Positions 1-14,229 of a stretch of DNA of 64,000 bases are shown here, piece after piece. A program made the position numbers and the translations under genes. This DNA is from Lama glama. Taxonomy: Eukaryota. The notes below the pieces were generated by a model. It made no database searches. It was not told where the DNA came from and saw only the letters and a list, made by a program, of their open reading frames with translations. The stretch is taken from positions 73,844,001-73,908,000 of the forward strand of contig CM052817.1 of NCBI GenBank assembly GCA_028534125.1, in the 5' to 3' direction. Position 1 is the first letter of the stretch; every line of letters begins with the position of its first letter.

Positions 1-309
1 AATCACTGTGATAATGCACTTTCTCATTATAAATCTTCTCCAGCAAACCCCTTTCCAATGCTCATGAAAATGCTACTTGGTGAAAATATAATAATGGTTA
101 TAATTTGGAGTCTGTTTATCTTGCTATTTCATCAGCCAGCCTCTTCTCTTTGATTAGCGGACCATAAGGTGTGAGGGCGTGTTTGCTGCCGAGAAATGGG
201 TTGCTGGTATGCTGCTCGCCTAATAAACAGGCATCCCTGATTATTTGATTGTAAATAAGGCTAAGAAATTCAAAATGAAGGCTAACCTAGTTTTCCTTTT
301 CCTTTGGCA

Positions 310-880
310 CATCGCTGCTCGGTCCCCGCCCCTGTGGCCCACAGAACGGCTACACGCCCTTGCACCAGGCCGCCCAGCAGGGCCACACGCACATCATCAA
401 CGTCCTGCTGCAGCACGGGGCCAAGCCCAACGCCACCACCGCGGTAAGGCGGGCGCCGGCCGCCCCTCCCACGCCGCTCCTTCCTCCTTTCCCACCCCAG
501 CATCCTCTTTAAATACGCCCCCGGCGCTCTGGAAAGCCCAGAATTTCCAGAAATCAGCACGACTTCGCCGGGAGTGCGGGTTCGGGAAGGGAGCGCAGCG
601 GCTTGACTCGGTCCAGTCTCCGGGGAGAGGGGGCCCTGCGCTCGGGGCTGCCCCGCGGCCAGCTGGTTCTGAGCTGTGAGCGAGTCCTCCCGCCCCGCCT
701 TCTTAAGGGAGCACAGTTTCCGAGACCGCTGGCTCAGACTAAGCTCTTTGGGGGATGCGTAGCCATTGAAATGTAAACTAAGCGGTGCAATTAAACAAAC
801 CGGGATCCCCAGTGGTCTGGGCCGGGGCCTGAATTGCTGGCTTGTGTTATTCTGCTGCAGCCGCAGCTTCCGCACAGCTG
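310..880. promoter_or_regulatory. Intragenic GC/CpG-rich island spanning the ANK repeat 23 exon and downstream intron
   Basis: Dense CpGs and GC-box-like tracts (ggcgggcgccggccgcccc, cccgccccgcc) against an AT-rich background. Confidence 0.7.
345..443 (+). CDS. ANK2: Exon, 99 nt, ankyrin repeat 23: [33 protein letters not shown]
   Basis: cag|AAC...GCG|gtaagg; one 33-aa ANK repeat with TPLH motif; phase 0-0. Confidence 0.97.
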
Positions 881-1308
881 TACCTAAATCTGTTACTGTG
901 TTCCCCGTGGTGACATCTTACCTGCAGCAGATGGCCTGACCTCAGTGAGGAGTGAGTGTACTTGGTGCTTGAGTAGTTTTTGGAGGCCTCATCTTCCATT
1001 CACGAGTTACTTTCCTAAGCACAATACAGAATTCGGAGAGCCATTTGACAACCTTAGGGTTAAAGCAGTCAAGTGCCTCTTATTAGAAAGAGCGGGCAGA
1101 TGCAGCTTGTTGTGTTACCATGGTGACCTGGGCTATAGTCTCAAGAAGTTACAAAGACAGATTCAGATGTAATGGTAAAAACAAGTGATTTTCCTAAGCT
1201 GTGCCTTGTTTTGGAAGGAAATGCTGGCTCATGTGGAGCCGCGGGTGAGCTCATTGGCTCACATTGCCGTCCTCCCTCCCGGCTCTCACTCTTTCACTCT
1301 CCCTTCAG

Positions 1309-1407
1309 AATGGCAACACTGCCTTGGCGATTGCTAAGCGTCTGGGCTACATCTCCGTGGTGGACACCCTGAAGGTTGTAACCGAGGAGGTCACCACCAC
1401 CACCACG
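1309..1407 (+). CDS. ANK2: Exon, 99 nt, last ankyrin repeat (24): [33 protein letters not shown]
   Basis: Pyrimidine tract + cag|AAT...ACG|gtaagt; phase 0-0. Confidence 0.97.
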
Positions 1408-2019
1408 GTAAGTAAAAGGAACCCACTGGCTTTGGCCCCATTGTCGTGGTTTTTAAGCCACGTACTTTTTCACTTATAAAATGTTTTGATCTTTCCGTGT
1501 TGAAATTTACTTCTTTTGGTGAGCATATTGTAGAACATCCACTGAAGTCGGCAGATGTAAATGCATTTACACAACTAATACAGGGATTCCAGCTTCCTTT
1601 ACCAACATAAATCCATCTAACATGCATGCATGTCATTTTAATAATACTTAGTTTCTTTTTCTGTTACTGACTTTTTTTTCCCCACCCCTCTGCCCTTTTG
1701 CTGTAGTTGGGTGTGACACCTACTGCTGGCAAAGTCATAGGACAGTCCACAGTGAACTTCTTATCTTAGCCCCAAGGTTACGCCAGCCTCTGGGAAGACC
1801 TTGATGCCTACCTACTATGCTCACAATTGGGCCAGATGCATTCCCAGTGAGGGCAGTCCATCCTCATTTTCTTTTTATTTCTGATTATTATTGCTGTATT
1901 CAAAAAGAAAATTGAATATGCTTAAGAGGAAAACGGTGTCTGTATCTTGGCAGAGCATATATTCAACATTTTAAAAAATAATAATTTGTTGCTAGTTTCT
2001 TTTTTGTTGTTGTTGGTGG

Positions 2020-2103
2020 TGGAGGTACTGGGTATTGAACCCCAGACCTTGGGCCTCATGCATGCTGGGCACACACCCTATCACTGAGCTATACCTCTCT
2101 CCC
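2020..2103 (-). mobile_element. tRNA-Ala-derived SINE (vic-1-like, camelid)
   Basis: Reverse complement reads GGTATAGCTCAGTG...GCATGCATGAGG...GGGTTCAATACCCAGTACCTCCA with A and B boxes, followed by an A-rich tail. Confidence 0.8.
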
Positions 2104-5100
2104 AACCCCCTGCGCTTAACATTTTTAATTTTTACTGCTTTAAATATGACTGCTGATTCTTTAGGAGAGAACAGTGATCATCATTGACCTTTGCCAGCGC
2201 AAACCTAGAAGAGGAAGACGTGATAGTAATGGATCCTAATGCTCTTGTGCTGTTTAGCTGGAGCAAAGATTAAAGGAGGCCTCCTGGGAGGGAGACTCAT
2301 AGCTGAAAGCAGAAGTGCTCCTCTCTTTGCATTTATTTATTAACTTTTCTCCTTAAGCATGAATTCTAAGAACAACAGCTCTTTAATTTCTCTTTGTAAA
2401 GTAGAAAAGTAGAGCAATGGTACAACATTAGAGGTTCCCGAGAGACAATAAGATCAAGAATTGACAAATACAAAAATTGTGAGTGAGGTTCTAGGAAATG
2501 CTCCAAGCTAGGAATGATGCATCTAGAGTTTTAGAATGCTTGGTTCTTTTGCTAGATGTGGGGGAAAGGAGAGGAATTTTATTCTTCAGGCTGAGAGCAG
2601 GTCCCTGTCGACAGGCATTGAGGTAGATGGAATACAGTGGGTTTGACGTGAGGTTTTAAATAGAGTAGCATATGATTTATTAATGAGCTGCAGGACACAG
2701 ACTGAATTTAGATGCGAGAGTGGCACTGTTTGTTTTCTCAAGGCGAATCTTAAAACCTTTGGCCAGTGTGTCACAATATTTTTAAAGATTTAAAGTACAG
2801 CTTCAATAAATTATATAAGAAAGAAACAAATCTCGCCACAAGCTAGCATTATACTCTGAGGCATTATATATAGCTGAATTGTAATGGCTTTTCCTTACTG
2901 TATGATTTCTTATACCAGGAAAATCTTCGTGTTAAGGACCTGTGCATATGTTTCTTTATTTGGCATCTTTGAAACAATGTGTACATCTCAGATGAGTGAA
3001 ACTTGTAATAGCAAGATTGGCTGAACACATCTGTTCTTAGAAATCATGGATTTTCTCAACTTTATTACCTCTTCCATGTTCTGGGAATCCTGAATGTACA
3101 TTTCTATCAAATGACCACTAGATGGCAAACTTGTATTTTTTTTGCTGTCTTGAACTGCTTGACTTCCATTCATTTCATTAACTCACTCACTTAGTATTTA
3201 TTGGATATAAAATATGTGCTGGATCTGTGCTCAGTGCTAAGGAGTCATCGGTGGTGAAAACATTACTCCACCCCACCAGCAACTTACAGTGTGGTGGGAG
3301 TGGAGAATGAGACAAGTTTTGTAAGAAAATAAATTCTTTAATAGCAACAAAGGTATAGAACTTACATGTCCAATTTCAAAGAGATTTCAGGCTCATAAAT
3401 ATTACTTAGAGTGAATGACTTCCACTATACAGATATATATATTTAAAAAGAGGAGCAATTAGCTTTCTAAATACTGTAACTAAACAAGACCTCAGATACG
3501 GTGTCAGAAATCAGACATACAGCCGTATCTCCACACGTCTAGTTCAAGGGGGATATGAAAACGCCTCATAGAACTCCCACGGGAATTTTTTTCTTTTCTG
3601 GTAACTATTATTCTCTACACTGTCGAGCTAAGCAGTGCTCCAACAAAACCCACTGTACTCAGAAATCAAATTTCTAGGTGAAAAGCCAACAGACAAATAG
3701 AAAACATAATAGCGTGTCTGTTTTCAGTTGGGATAATAAGAAATCATGGCCCATCTTAACTAAACAAGTTCTCCCTTTACTGAAATGGGTAGATTTATTG
3801 GTTACATGTTTTGATGCTGCCCAGTCTTTACTTTCTGCTTCTCTTAGAATTGTGAGTTTTATTGTTTTGTGAAGTGGAATTTGGGGTTAAGGACTGGATA
3901 TCTGAACTTACTCCTGTCTGGGATGTGAGGCTTCTTACTTTGCACAGCCTCTCTTTCAGAAGAGATTTTCATCATTCTTTTCCCACATACTGATGATATT
4001 AAAAATATAATATATAGTCATTACAAATATGCCAGACTTTGAGGGGAGATCTAGGATTCAAATTTAGGCTGTCAGAGTCCAAAGTCCATGTTCTTAACCA
4101 CTCTGCCATAACTGATCTTGGCTTTGTTAGAAGTAGCTTAACAGGAATTTTGTGAAAGAGATGTTTTCACCTAACTTTCAACTTCAAAAAACTCACTTAA
4201 GACGTGTCCTTTATTGATTTTCATGGGAGCATCAGATTCAATATCATTTTCTAAAGTCTACAGCTTCACTAAAAATAATTTGAAACTACTCCCTGGTGGG
4301 AAGCGAAGAGCATGAGGCAATTTGATAATTATGTAAATTAATAAAATTAAATTTACTGTTACTTCCATTTAAAAGTAATGGTTGAACTACAGCCACACAT
4401 CTAACAGACGAATCTCACATCATTGGCTTCCTACGATGTGCCCTTTGAGCAGCTGTGTGAGTTCTCAGCCATCAAAGAAAGTTTCCTTTGCTCTCCCTCC
4501 TTCCAGAGTATGAATAAAGTCATTGTGTGGGGAGGAGAGTAAGGCAGCAGTTGGTAAAGGAAAAGCCACTGCTTCAGAAATTTCTGAGACATTTTGGAAT
4601 CATGGTTTGTTTCCTTAACCTTTGCTTTTCCAACTTTACTTTGTAAGACCCAGCAGGGGCTATGAGACAGTTGAGCATTCTCCAGAGATTATAGTCATTG
4701 TCTGTTTGCCAGAATGGACATTAGGGTAGGAGGGACACATTACTGGCAACAGGAGCCAACAAGCTCCATGTCCTAATGTAGTTTGGAAGAACTGTGAGAT
4801 ATGACTCATCCATCTACTTATTGACCTGCTGTCATCCATTATTTGCAGAGATTTAAAGTGATTGTGTTATATGTTGCATATAATCGTTGAGATGTAGAAC
4901 ATTAACTACCGGGTAAGCTGCTAAAATTAAAGTGACGTTATATTTACATTATTATGTATACTTTGGTCGTAAATCTTATCTTCTGCCATGTCAGTTAAAA
5001 TGGGAGTCATAAAAATGGCAATGCAGTAGATACACGTAAAGTGTGTACACCTTTTGAGGTGAGATGTTTTCTTTGAATAGAGATCTGTTGACTAGCAGAC

Positions 5101-6621
5101 TAAGTTGTCATTCTTGTGCAAAGAACATAATACATCTTATATTGTATGTGTATGTATCCTATAATATCTGTATCTAATTAATATTTATCCTGTGTATTGT
5201 CTTTAAGAGACAATAGACTGAGTGCAGAACCTTTTAAACTTTTGACGTCTTTTTTTCCCAATCTGCTATAATTATCTCCACTACACCTGAGTAGCAGTCA
5301 TTTTTTGGTGACTCACCTTTGTTGAGACTTTTCAGGCCACTTTAGTTCTGATAGAAAAATATTATTTACATAATACTGAACTGATATACAAAAATTATGT
5401 TAATGTGTACAATTGGTATAATGGACGTGGGAACAAAACCAGGTTTTACGTGTGGCTGTGATAGGAGCCAGTGTGTGTGGTCATTGGAAGGTGGCATCCC
5501 AGCCAGGGGCACTTGTCATGCAGGGACTTGCTGAGGATGTGGTTCATGGTTGATCAGGGGGAAGAGTTAAATGAAGGGCAATAAAGCACACTTCTTCTTT
5601 TGCACAAAACAAAGTGGATATTATCCCCTACTTATTAAACAACATGTTAAGGACTCATGTTTTATTTGCTACATCATGAAAGATGTAAAAACAAATTATA
5701 GTCTGCCATCTATCATATTCTATTCGGTTTTTTTTGCTACATTATATGATTTAATTACATACTATTAAACTTACGCATCGTGCACTACTCATTTTAACTT
5801 TTAAAGCAGTTTTATCTTGACCATAGACTCTGAGATTATACACAGAAGGAGATGCCCATGATCATTTAATTATATCCTTGTTTCCTATGGGCTATTCAGA
5901 GGCAGTTGCATAAAGCCATATTTATGTTTTGCTAATCAGGTTTTCAAAGGACACTTTAGTTAAAGGGACAGTATGCATTCATTTCTTACAACATTAGTCA
6001 TGAGTAATAGGAAGACTTATTTATTATCTGTTCAACAAATATTTGTTGTTGAGCTTTTAAAGATCAAGCACTATGTCACATACAAATGAATACTATATTT
6101 ACTACATTGTATATAGAAATCATTTTTATTATCTTTACCCCAAAAATCCATGACCAATATGATCAGTGTGTTACTTTTTCTGTTGCCACGTATATTTGCT
6201 GATAACTTTGGTACCATTTAGTGACCAAACTAAAGCAAAGTTATTTCCACTCTCACAAGTTCATAGGAAATGTAGTCCCATTATAAGCATCTGCAAATAG
6301 AAACTGAGAATGTCAGGCAGTATAACTCAATCATTTAAAGAGTATTTCCATCAATTATTTTCAAATAGAGAAGCATCCTCTTGTGGAAATGTTTCCTATG
6401 AAGGGCAAATACTCTAAAACATTTCTGCAAAAAAGGACTTTCTGGTGTAGTCTAATACAGTAGATATCCCTTAACATTTTTAATCATTTTATTCATACTT
6501 ACATATTTATTTTATAAGTTCCCCCCAGAGTCATAGTTTAATAGGCTATCATTGTCTCTATCCTGTATTTTTAAAGTAAGTTATTTTTCTGCAGTCTCTG
6601 TATTGTCATAATACAGGAACG

Positions 6622-6796
6622 TGGGTTGCAAATTGAGCTACACAGTAGACCCACCTGAGGAACTTTTTAAAATATCTTTAGCTGGGCCCTGCCTTCAGGG
6701 ATGCTGATTTAATTGGCCTATTTTGGGTCCCAAGTAACAGTACGTTTTAAATTTCTCTAATAATTATAATATGTTGCTAGAGTTGAGAATTACTGA
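6622..6796. mobile_element. MER5-like hAT-Charlie MITE
   Basis: cacctgaggaactttttaaaat...ctgatttaattgg...gttgagaattactg. Confidence 0.65.
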
Positions 6797-7565
6797 TATA
6801 AAACATAGGTTATCATCTATTTGTATTAAATTTATAAATCAATATTATAATTAGAATTAAATGGTATGTTATAATAGTCTTTTTAAGTTTGTTCTTTCAT
6901 CAAATATTTATTGACCACCTGTTACTCTCCAGAACTTTAGGTAGATGCTTTTGTCTTTCCATTTGGAATTATTTAAACATCATAAGCAAAATGCTAGAAA
7001 GCTGAATTAACTATTCTAGTCTTCAACTGTGTCTTCATCTGGATAACTTAAGACTTTCTCTACTGTCTCCATTTCTTCCTTTTCTTTAACTATGGTATCT
7101 ACCAAAAAGAAAATCTGTTTAGTCATTATGTGAATTTTAAATATATTTTACATCATTTTATGTCATCAATTTATTTGGTATGTATTTGAGAAGCAGCTAC
7201 TGTGTTTCAGGTTCTGTAGAAACAATCTTTGTAATGACTCACACTCTCACATGGGAGGCAGATAAGGCACGTACAGTTGTGTGTGATGTGTCTGTGATGC
7301 TGTAGGAGTGAGTAGCAGCAGGTAAACACGGTTAAACAAATACATTCATTGGGGAGGCTCAGGGAATGTTTCTGCAAGGAAGTTACATCTTATATGAGCC
7401 AAAAAAAAAAAAAGAAAAAAGAATATTTCTGGCAAAGAAAAGACTATATGGAAAAAACAGAGGCATAAGAGAACACAGTCTGCCAACATCTTTGTAGCAT
7501 GCAGGGAGAAATGAAGCTTCCCCACCTCTCCTTACTACATCACCACAGGTCTTCTGAGCCAGTTT

Positions 7566-7754
7566 TACCTGACCCTTGAACAACATGGCAGGTTCAACCG
7601 AATGTAACTAGTGTCAGCCACCCATCGCCACGGTTCTGCACACATGAATTCAATCACCTTTGGATCCTGTAGTACCATTATATTTACCATTGAAACATAT
7701 CTGTGTGTAAGTGGACCCACATGGTTCAAACCCACATTGTTCAAGAGTCAATTG
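7566..7754. mobile_element. Tigger2/MER8-like MITE, degenerate
   Basis: tgacccttgaacaac ... ttgttcaagagtcaattg-TA; internal similarity to 33894-34118. Confidence 0.8.
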
Positions 7755-8283
7755 TATTAAGCTTTTTTCTGAAGAAAATGAGGAGCCACTGAAAGGCTCC
7801 ACAGTATCACATTATGATTTAATCAATCTCTCAACACACAGTGTATTTTCAAATTAATTAGTTGAACTTCCCTGAAAATATATTTGGAGTTCTCTACTGC
7901 TTTTGGAAAGGAGTTGGCAGTAGGGGCATTGTAGCCAAGTAAGTCATTAATATCTATGTAGCAAAACCGAGAAAACCTACTTACTGTATTTTGGTGGCTT
8001 TAGTTGAAGATTTTACGCTCATTTCGAGAGATTAGATTTTTAAAGTTCTCATAACAATACCAAATTGGTATACTCAATACAATTTCAGTGAAGAAACTAG
8101 AGATATGAATTTGAGACTCAACAATCTTCAGGAAATATTTTAAGTCATGAGATTTGGATTTTTATCTTTTTTTCTTTTTTTTTAATCACCATAGTATCTC
8201 TGATGTTTAAAACAACGGTGCCTGGCATGCAATAGGCACTCAGAATGTTTCATTTTTTTTCCTTTTGAACCGTAACTTGCATC

Positions 8284-8918
8284 TTTTTTTTTTAATTGAA
8301 GTACAATTGATTTACAATGTTGTATTAGTTTCTTGTATACAGCACAGCACAGTGATTCAGTTATACATATGTGTAAATATATATATTCTTTTTCATATTC
8401 CATTTGATTATAGGTTATTATGAGATATTAAATATAGTTCCCTGTACACACAGTAGGACCTTGTTGTTTATCTATTTTATATGTAGTAGTTAGTATCTGC
8501 ATATCCTGAACTCCCGGTTTATCTCTTCCCCTTCCTTCTTCCCATAACCTTAGGTTTGTGTTCTATGTCTGTGAGTCTGTTTCTGTTTTGTAAATAAGTT
8601 CATTTGTATCTTTTTTTTTTTTTAGATTCCACATGTAAGTGATAGCATATGGTGTTTTTCTTTCTTTTTCTGATTTACTTCACTTAGTATGACAATCTCT
8701 ACATCTATCCATGTTGCTGCAAATGGCATTATTTCATTCTTTTTTATGGCTGAGTAGTAATTCCGTTGTGTAAATGTATATGCTACTTCTTTATCCAGTC
8801 ACCTGTCAGCGGACATTTAGGTTGCTTCCATGTCTTGGCTATTGTATGTATATAGTGCTGCTATGAACATTGGGGTGCATGTATCTTTTCAAATTAGAGT
8901 TTCCTCTGGATGTATGTG
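8284..8918 (-). mobile_element. LINE-1 3' fragment (cetartiodactyl-type 3' UTR)
   Basis: Poly-T then ttgaagtacaattgatttacaatgttg...ccatgttgctgcaaatggcattatttcattctttttatggctgagtag. Confidence 0.88.
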
Positions 8919-9014
8919 CAAGTCACAATGTTTCTTGATGCTGAAGGACCAAAAAGTTCAGAGTTTTTAAGATAAATTTAATATTGAGTTATAGTAATGA
9001 TAGTAAGTTATGAT

Positions 9015-9270
9015 AGCTAATATTTTTTTGAATACTAACATATTATATAGCACTGTTCTTAGAGCTCTTATATGTATTATTATTGTGTATTATGTATGAT
9101 ATGTATTACTTCACTTCATAATAATTTTATGAGGTAATATTATTTTCTACATTGTACAGATGAGGAAATCGAAGCACAGAGAAATTAAGGGATTTGCTAA
9201 GGCCTCATAGCTAATAAATGATGAAGTCAGAATTTGAACGCAGACAGCTGGACTCCAGAGACTGGTCTCT
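9015..9270 (-). mobile_element. MIR SINE
   Basis: Core tacagatgaggaaatcgaagcacagaga...agaatttgaacgcagacagctggactccagag. Confidence 0.8.
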
Positions 9271-9850
9271 TATGGAAGGCAGGGGATTTGACAACTCTGG
9301 AGTGCTATTGTGAAAGGCAAATAAGCAACAAACTAGAACTGTAGCCCAGTGAAAGACTGTAAGGATGATTGATTCTGCACTGTTGATCCTCTAATCCCAG
9401 AAGAGATGCATCACATTTTCTGCCTAAATAGTTTGTCTTTCACATTGTTTACAACTTCCTTCCAATAGCTTTGTTTTTAATAAATTGCATATGTTCACTG
9501 ATTCTTATTAAAGCTTTTCTGGAGATATTACTTAGTTCAATTTAAGGAAGCCCTGACATTAATTTGCTTTCTCAACATGACTATTAATGCCATTGCTAAA
9601 TAATTTATTTTTCAAATGGGAACTCAAAATAATGAATTCTCTCTTGTATGACTTCACTGGAATAAATGATCATTTATCTTCAGAAAGAACAAATGTGTTT
9701 CCATAAAGGAGAATAAGAGACTAAGCTTCCAAGATGTACATGTGTAGAAGATGGAGTGCTCATATTGACTATGACCTCTTTGCTGGTTCTTTTGATCTTT
9801 TGTTTGACTTTTGTTTTTAAGTTGAGCATTAATGATTTTTGTCTTTCCAG

Positions 9851-9923
9851 ACCATCACTGAAAAACACAAGCTAAATGTTCCTGAGACAATGACTGAGGT
9901 TCTTGATGTTTCTGATGAAGAGG
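9851..9923 (+). CDS. ANK2: Exon, 73 nt, linker: [24 protein letters not shown](G)
   Basis: ttccag|ACC...GAGG|gtaaga; phase 0-1. Confidence 0.96.
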
Positions 9924-12900
9924 GTAAGACTTTTATTCAGTCTTCTTTGACATCTATCATGGTCTTACATGAAGGAAACCATTCTTTTTTTTTCAGCTAC
10001 CAAGGTGTTACAGTGGGTGTGGATGACAGCATCTTGGCACCTAAAGTCACTTTTGAACCTTTATTTCAATACGTTCACCTTTTCAATTTGGGGGAAGGAG
10101 GATTCTGTTTATATATTTTCAACTGGTATTATCTATGATGACTAAATAACAGGACTGGGAAAAGGGGAAGAAACTGGCAATTAGCTATGTGTTAAAATAT
10201 CTACCTGATAATACAGTTATTGTTAATATGTTTATTATGCTAAAGTAGATTTTTTATTAAAACTCCTTAAAGTAAAAGAACTTACAGTATACTCTATCAA
10301 TGGTATATTGAGAAATATCTGCTTTCATTGGTTCAAACATACAGAACATGTTTAAAATCCAGAGGAAAGAGTCTTAGAGAGGATTAGAAATAGCATAGCA
10401 GTAAGTCATACAAATTCAACATAAGAATTTTATTCTTTAAGTCAGAAAATATGCCCCCTATAGTTTAAAGCTAAATGTTATCAAAGCCAGTGGATTTCAA
10501 AGAGACTTTAAAAGGAACACTAGGGACTGCCTGGGTGGTTATGGGGACATCGTGCTACAGGTCCTGCCAGCAGGGTTCCTGGTTTTCCAGCTCTGCTTTA
10601 ACTGGAAGAGTTAACTTTTCTTGAATAACAACAAAATCTGCTAAGAAGATTACGAATGCAGCACGTAAAGTGTGCAACCAAGTTTCAACAGTACAACTAT
10701 TGGGCAAGTTGCATGTTTGAAAAATATATATGTACATATTTATGTTCATGGCAAATGTATATGTTTGAAAACTTATTGCCATAAAGGATGGAACGAGGCC
10801 CAATACTAATTGCTTTTATGGAGAAATAGTAAAACTATTTCTTTAGGTTCCTCAAGATACAATCATAAGGTGAAATTTTATATTGAGACGCCCTTATTTG
10901 GAACCCATTGTTAATTCACCTATCAGTGACAGACATTGTGTCAACTTTTATAAGAACTTATGACAAGAATGAACAAATGTTGCTTCAATGTCTTTGAGTA
11001 AATTAGAAGATATTGCCAAAGCTAATGGTTCCATGTATTTATTATAACTTAGTGTTCCATCCTAATACTTGCCAATTTTCAGGATTCATATATGCACATT
11101 ATATTTTGTTTTGTATGCTCATCTTTCTTATCTTCACTTATATGTTGAACAGCTCTTAAACAGTTTGGTGACCACTTTATTGATGGGGAAGTGCTTAGTG
11201 ATTCAGGTACCTCTAGAGGACATTATTGAAGTGAAAGCTTGTCTTTGCTTTTAATTTTTCTTAACAGGCTAGAAGCAACTTGCTTACTATGTAAATCTGG
11301 GTGCTTACTACTAATCTGTTATTCTTGAAATAGCATGTGTAATATGAGTGGAATTGTTTAGGTGTGTGTTTGAGTGTGTGGATTGTATTAACTTGGAAGC
11401 TTAATGCCATGAATTGCTTATGCTATTGTAAGATTTTGAAGCTATTAATGAGACCTATTAATATAATTAAATTATCTAAGGAACACTATATAACATTTTT
11501 CCAAAACTAATATTTCTTCCTAGAATACAAATTTAGAGAAAAATTAATTTTTGATAAGTTGACATTGAACTAACATGAACATGTCAACAACTAGGTTAGA
11601 CTGCTTGGTATGCAGTCATAGCATTATTGGATAAAGATACGGTTTCGATGTGGTTAAAAATATATTTTAAGTTAGTAGTTATAATGTAGTTTTTAAAATT
11701 AGCTAGGAATAAAGATAAATTAACCTTTAAAAATTATTTAGGGAGAACTTTGGGATACAGGGAAAGATGAATAAGATAAATATTCTATTTAGTAAGAAGT
11801 TTCCAAAGTACATGTGGTACCACTTTAAGGAAACCTATTCATGAAAATCTAAACTTATAAATCAGCTAAATTAGATAGTGATTATTTAATTTAAAAATAG
11901 TTCTTTATTTCCAAAATAATTGTTAATGTATTCCAACAGCTAATGCATTCAAAGTATTTACTGGGTTTATAGAAATTCCATTTATATGAGACATCCTCTT
12001 GGACCTGCCCATTATATAAGATCTAGCTGTAATATCTTGTACACTTTTATTAAAACTATTCTATATTAAAAATTACTAGTGATAAAAACTCTTGATTTGA
12101 CAGGGATATTGGCTAATGATCAAGAACATCTTTATGGTGAGAGAAGAAGCTTTCCATGGCTAGTTAAGGCCAAAACCTTAACATTTTTCCCTAGAAAGAT
12201 ATTGAGGTTGAATAATTTTTTTTGTATAGGGTATATTTGAGTATTATGAAGTACCTTTTAATACCAAGAATTAGTCTGAAGGAATTTGACTAGATGACAT
12301 TGCCAACCCTTCAATTTTTTATGCACTTAAAATGTTTTCATGGAACCTACCATCATTCATATGGACAAAGTGCAGCTACATGTATTTGGATAGTGTTAAC
12401 CAATCCCTGGTTTCTTTACAGCTCTGCTGTTTTAGTAATAGTCTTGTAATCAATACTCAGGAGAGTATCCAAGCCAAGTACACATGTCCTTTCAGGCTAA
12501 CTTGCTATAGTAGAGCAATCAAAATTATCCATTTATGAATCAAAACAGACAGTGACAGCGATGTTACTGTGTATAAAGCTCTATGACTGGTACCATGGGG
12601 GAATCAAAGATGAACATATATGGAGAGAGAACGTATAAATTAATGAAGCATAACTGAAGGCACTATGTCATCTGCATTTCACATCTGCCTGGGAAGATCA
12701 GGAGAGGGAGAGTCCTACTACAGTCTCATGGACTTGTCGAAGCTGACAGAGTAATAGGAGGGTGGCACAGGTTTTTAGGAAGTAGAGAAGGAACAGTGTG
12801 GGAAGGTCCTGAGATCGGAAAGAATGAGAGAGACACAGAGTGGCAAAATAATCTAGTCATTCAGTTTGGCTGATGCATTAAAACATACTGGGCTTCCACG

Positions 12901-13049
12901 GGGAATGTTTGAGTTCTCAACTGAAAAGTCTAGGAAATTATGGTATATTAAAGATTTCAATTAATGATTGAAACAATTAATTCTTTTTTTTTCTAAACAA
13001 AGATTGTGTATTAGGAAGAAATTGGAAGGAAGCAGATATCTGAGGGAAG

Positions 13050-13262
13050 ATAAAACATTTACTAAACATCTACAGTGCTAGGTGCATTGCCTCATTTAAT
13101 CCCCAGAGCATCCACACAAGATAGGCTATGGATTTCCCCACATCTTTTTCTCAGGTGAGAAAAAGCTCACCTGAAGGTGAGGGGACTAAGACTTAGACAG
13201 GTTAAGTAGTTTGTTCAATGGCACACAGCTATTAAGTGGTGGTTGTGGAATCTCAACCCAGT
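13050..13262 (-). mobile_element. MIR SINE, degenerate
   Basis: ctcatttaatccc...ggttaagtagtttgttcaatggcacacagctattaagtgg. Confidence 0.65.
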
Positions 13263-14229
13263 ATGATATAAATAAGTCATGATGGAGCCAGATAGCAGAG
13301 AAATGGAAGGAGAAGAGAAATGGGAGCTCAGCCTAAGAGTATTCTACTGTGCAGGCTAGAGCAAAGCTGTAGATGTAGTCTTCTGCATCTTCATAGGATC
13401 ATGAGCTGATCCCTGTCTTTGCTGACTCAGCTCCTCAGCTGTAAATTATGTGGTGGGGCTTAGGGGTTATAACACCCGTGTAACTAAAATACCCGTGGAA
13501 ATGTGACCCACATGTCCCTCATACACAGAGATTCATGAGTGGGTGCTTTGTACAGAGTTCTCCACTGGTTCTCTGGGATGGTGTGTGTAATAATCAAGAG
13601 AACACTAGAATGGCTGAGTGTTGGGATGAAATACAGAGGTACCGTCTATCTTCTCCTTTTGATACACTTCCACTGTGGACATTTGACATTAGAATGAAAA
13701 CATGTCAAATAAGAAGAAAGGTCAGATGCGACGTACCAACATTTAAGGAGAGTGGAGACTGGGAAGACAGACTCAGAGCGGTAGGAGGAAGACCAGCAGA
13801 GATTTATGTCAGAGAAATTAAGGAGGGTGGTTTTCCAAAGAGGAAGTCATCTTTTGGCTACTGATTAATTTGTAAAATAGCAAGCCTCTTTTAATAGGTT
13901 TGGCTATGAAAGGAAGAGGACTCAAAAGTGTGAAATAAAGAAGGTCTAAGAGTTGGAGGAAGAAATTTTTGTATTTCAAAGGTGGCAGAAATATAGATGT
14001 TTCTATAGCCGGGGGGAAAGGGCTGACAGAGAAGCAGAAGTTGAAGGTGAAGGCCTAGCAGACAAGGTATCTAGGAAGATAAAAGAAGATGAGGATCTAA
14101 AGGTAAGATAGGCTCGCCTTGGACTGCGGAAGTCACCTCACTTACCAAGATATAAGGCAAAGATATGATTCTTATTTTTTAGACATATTAATAACATTTA
14201 AAGCCTTGAGCAGTATGTAGAATTTCCTA

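Noticed and set aside
245..875. 144-aa sense and 197-aa antisense ORFs
   Set aside because: Stop-codon depletion in a GC-rich island; non-ATG starts and no recognisable domain
2020..2103. tRNA-Ala gene
   Set aside because: Degenerate stems, an insertion and an A-rich tail; a second related copy has a TSD, indicating a SINE
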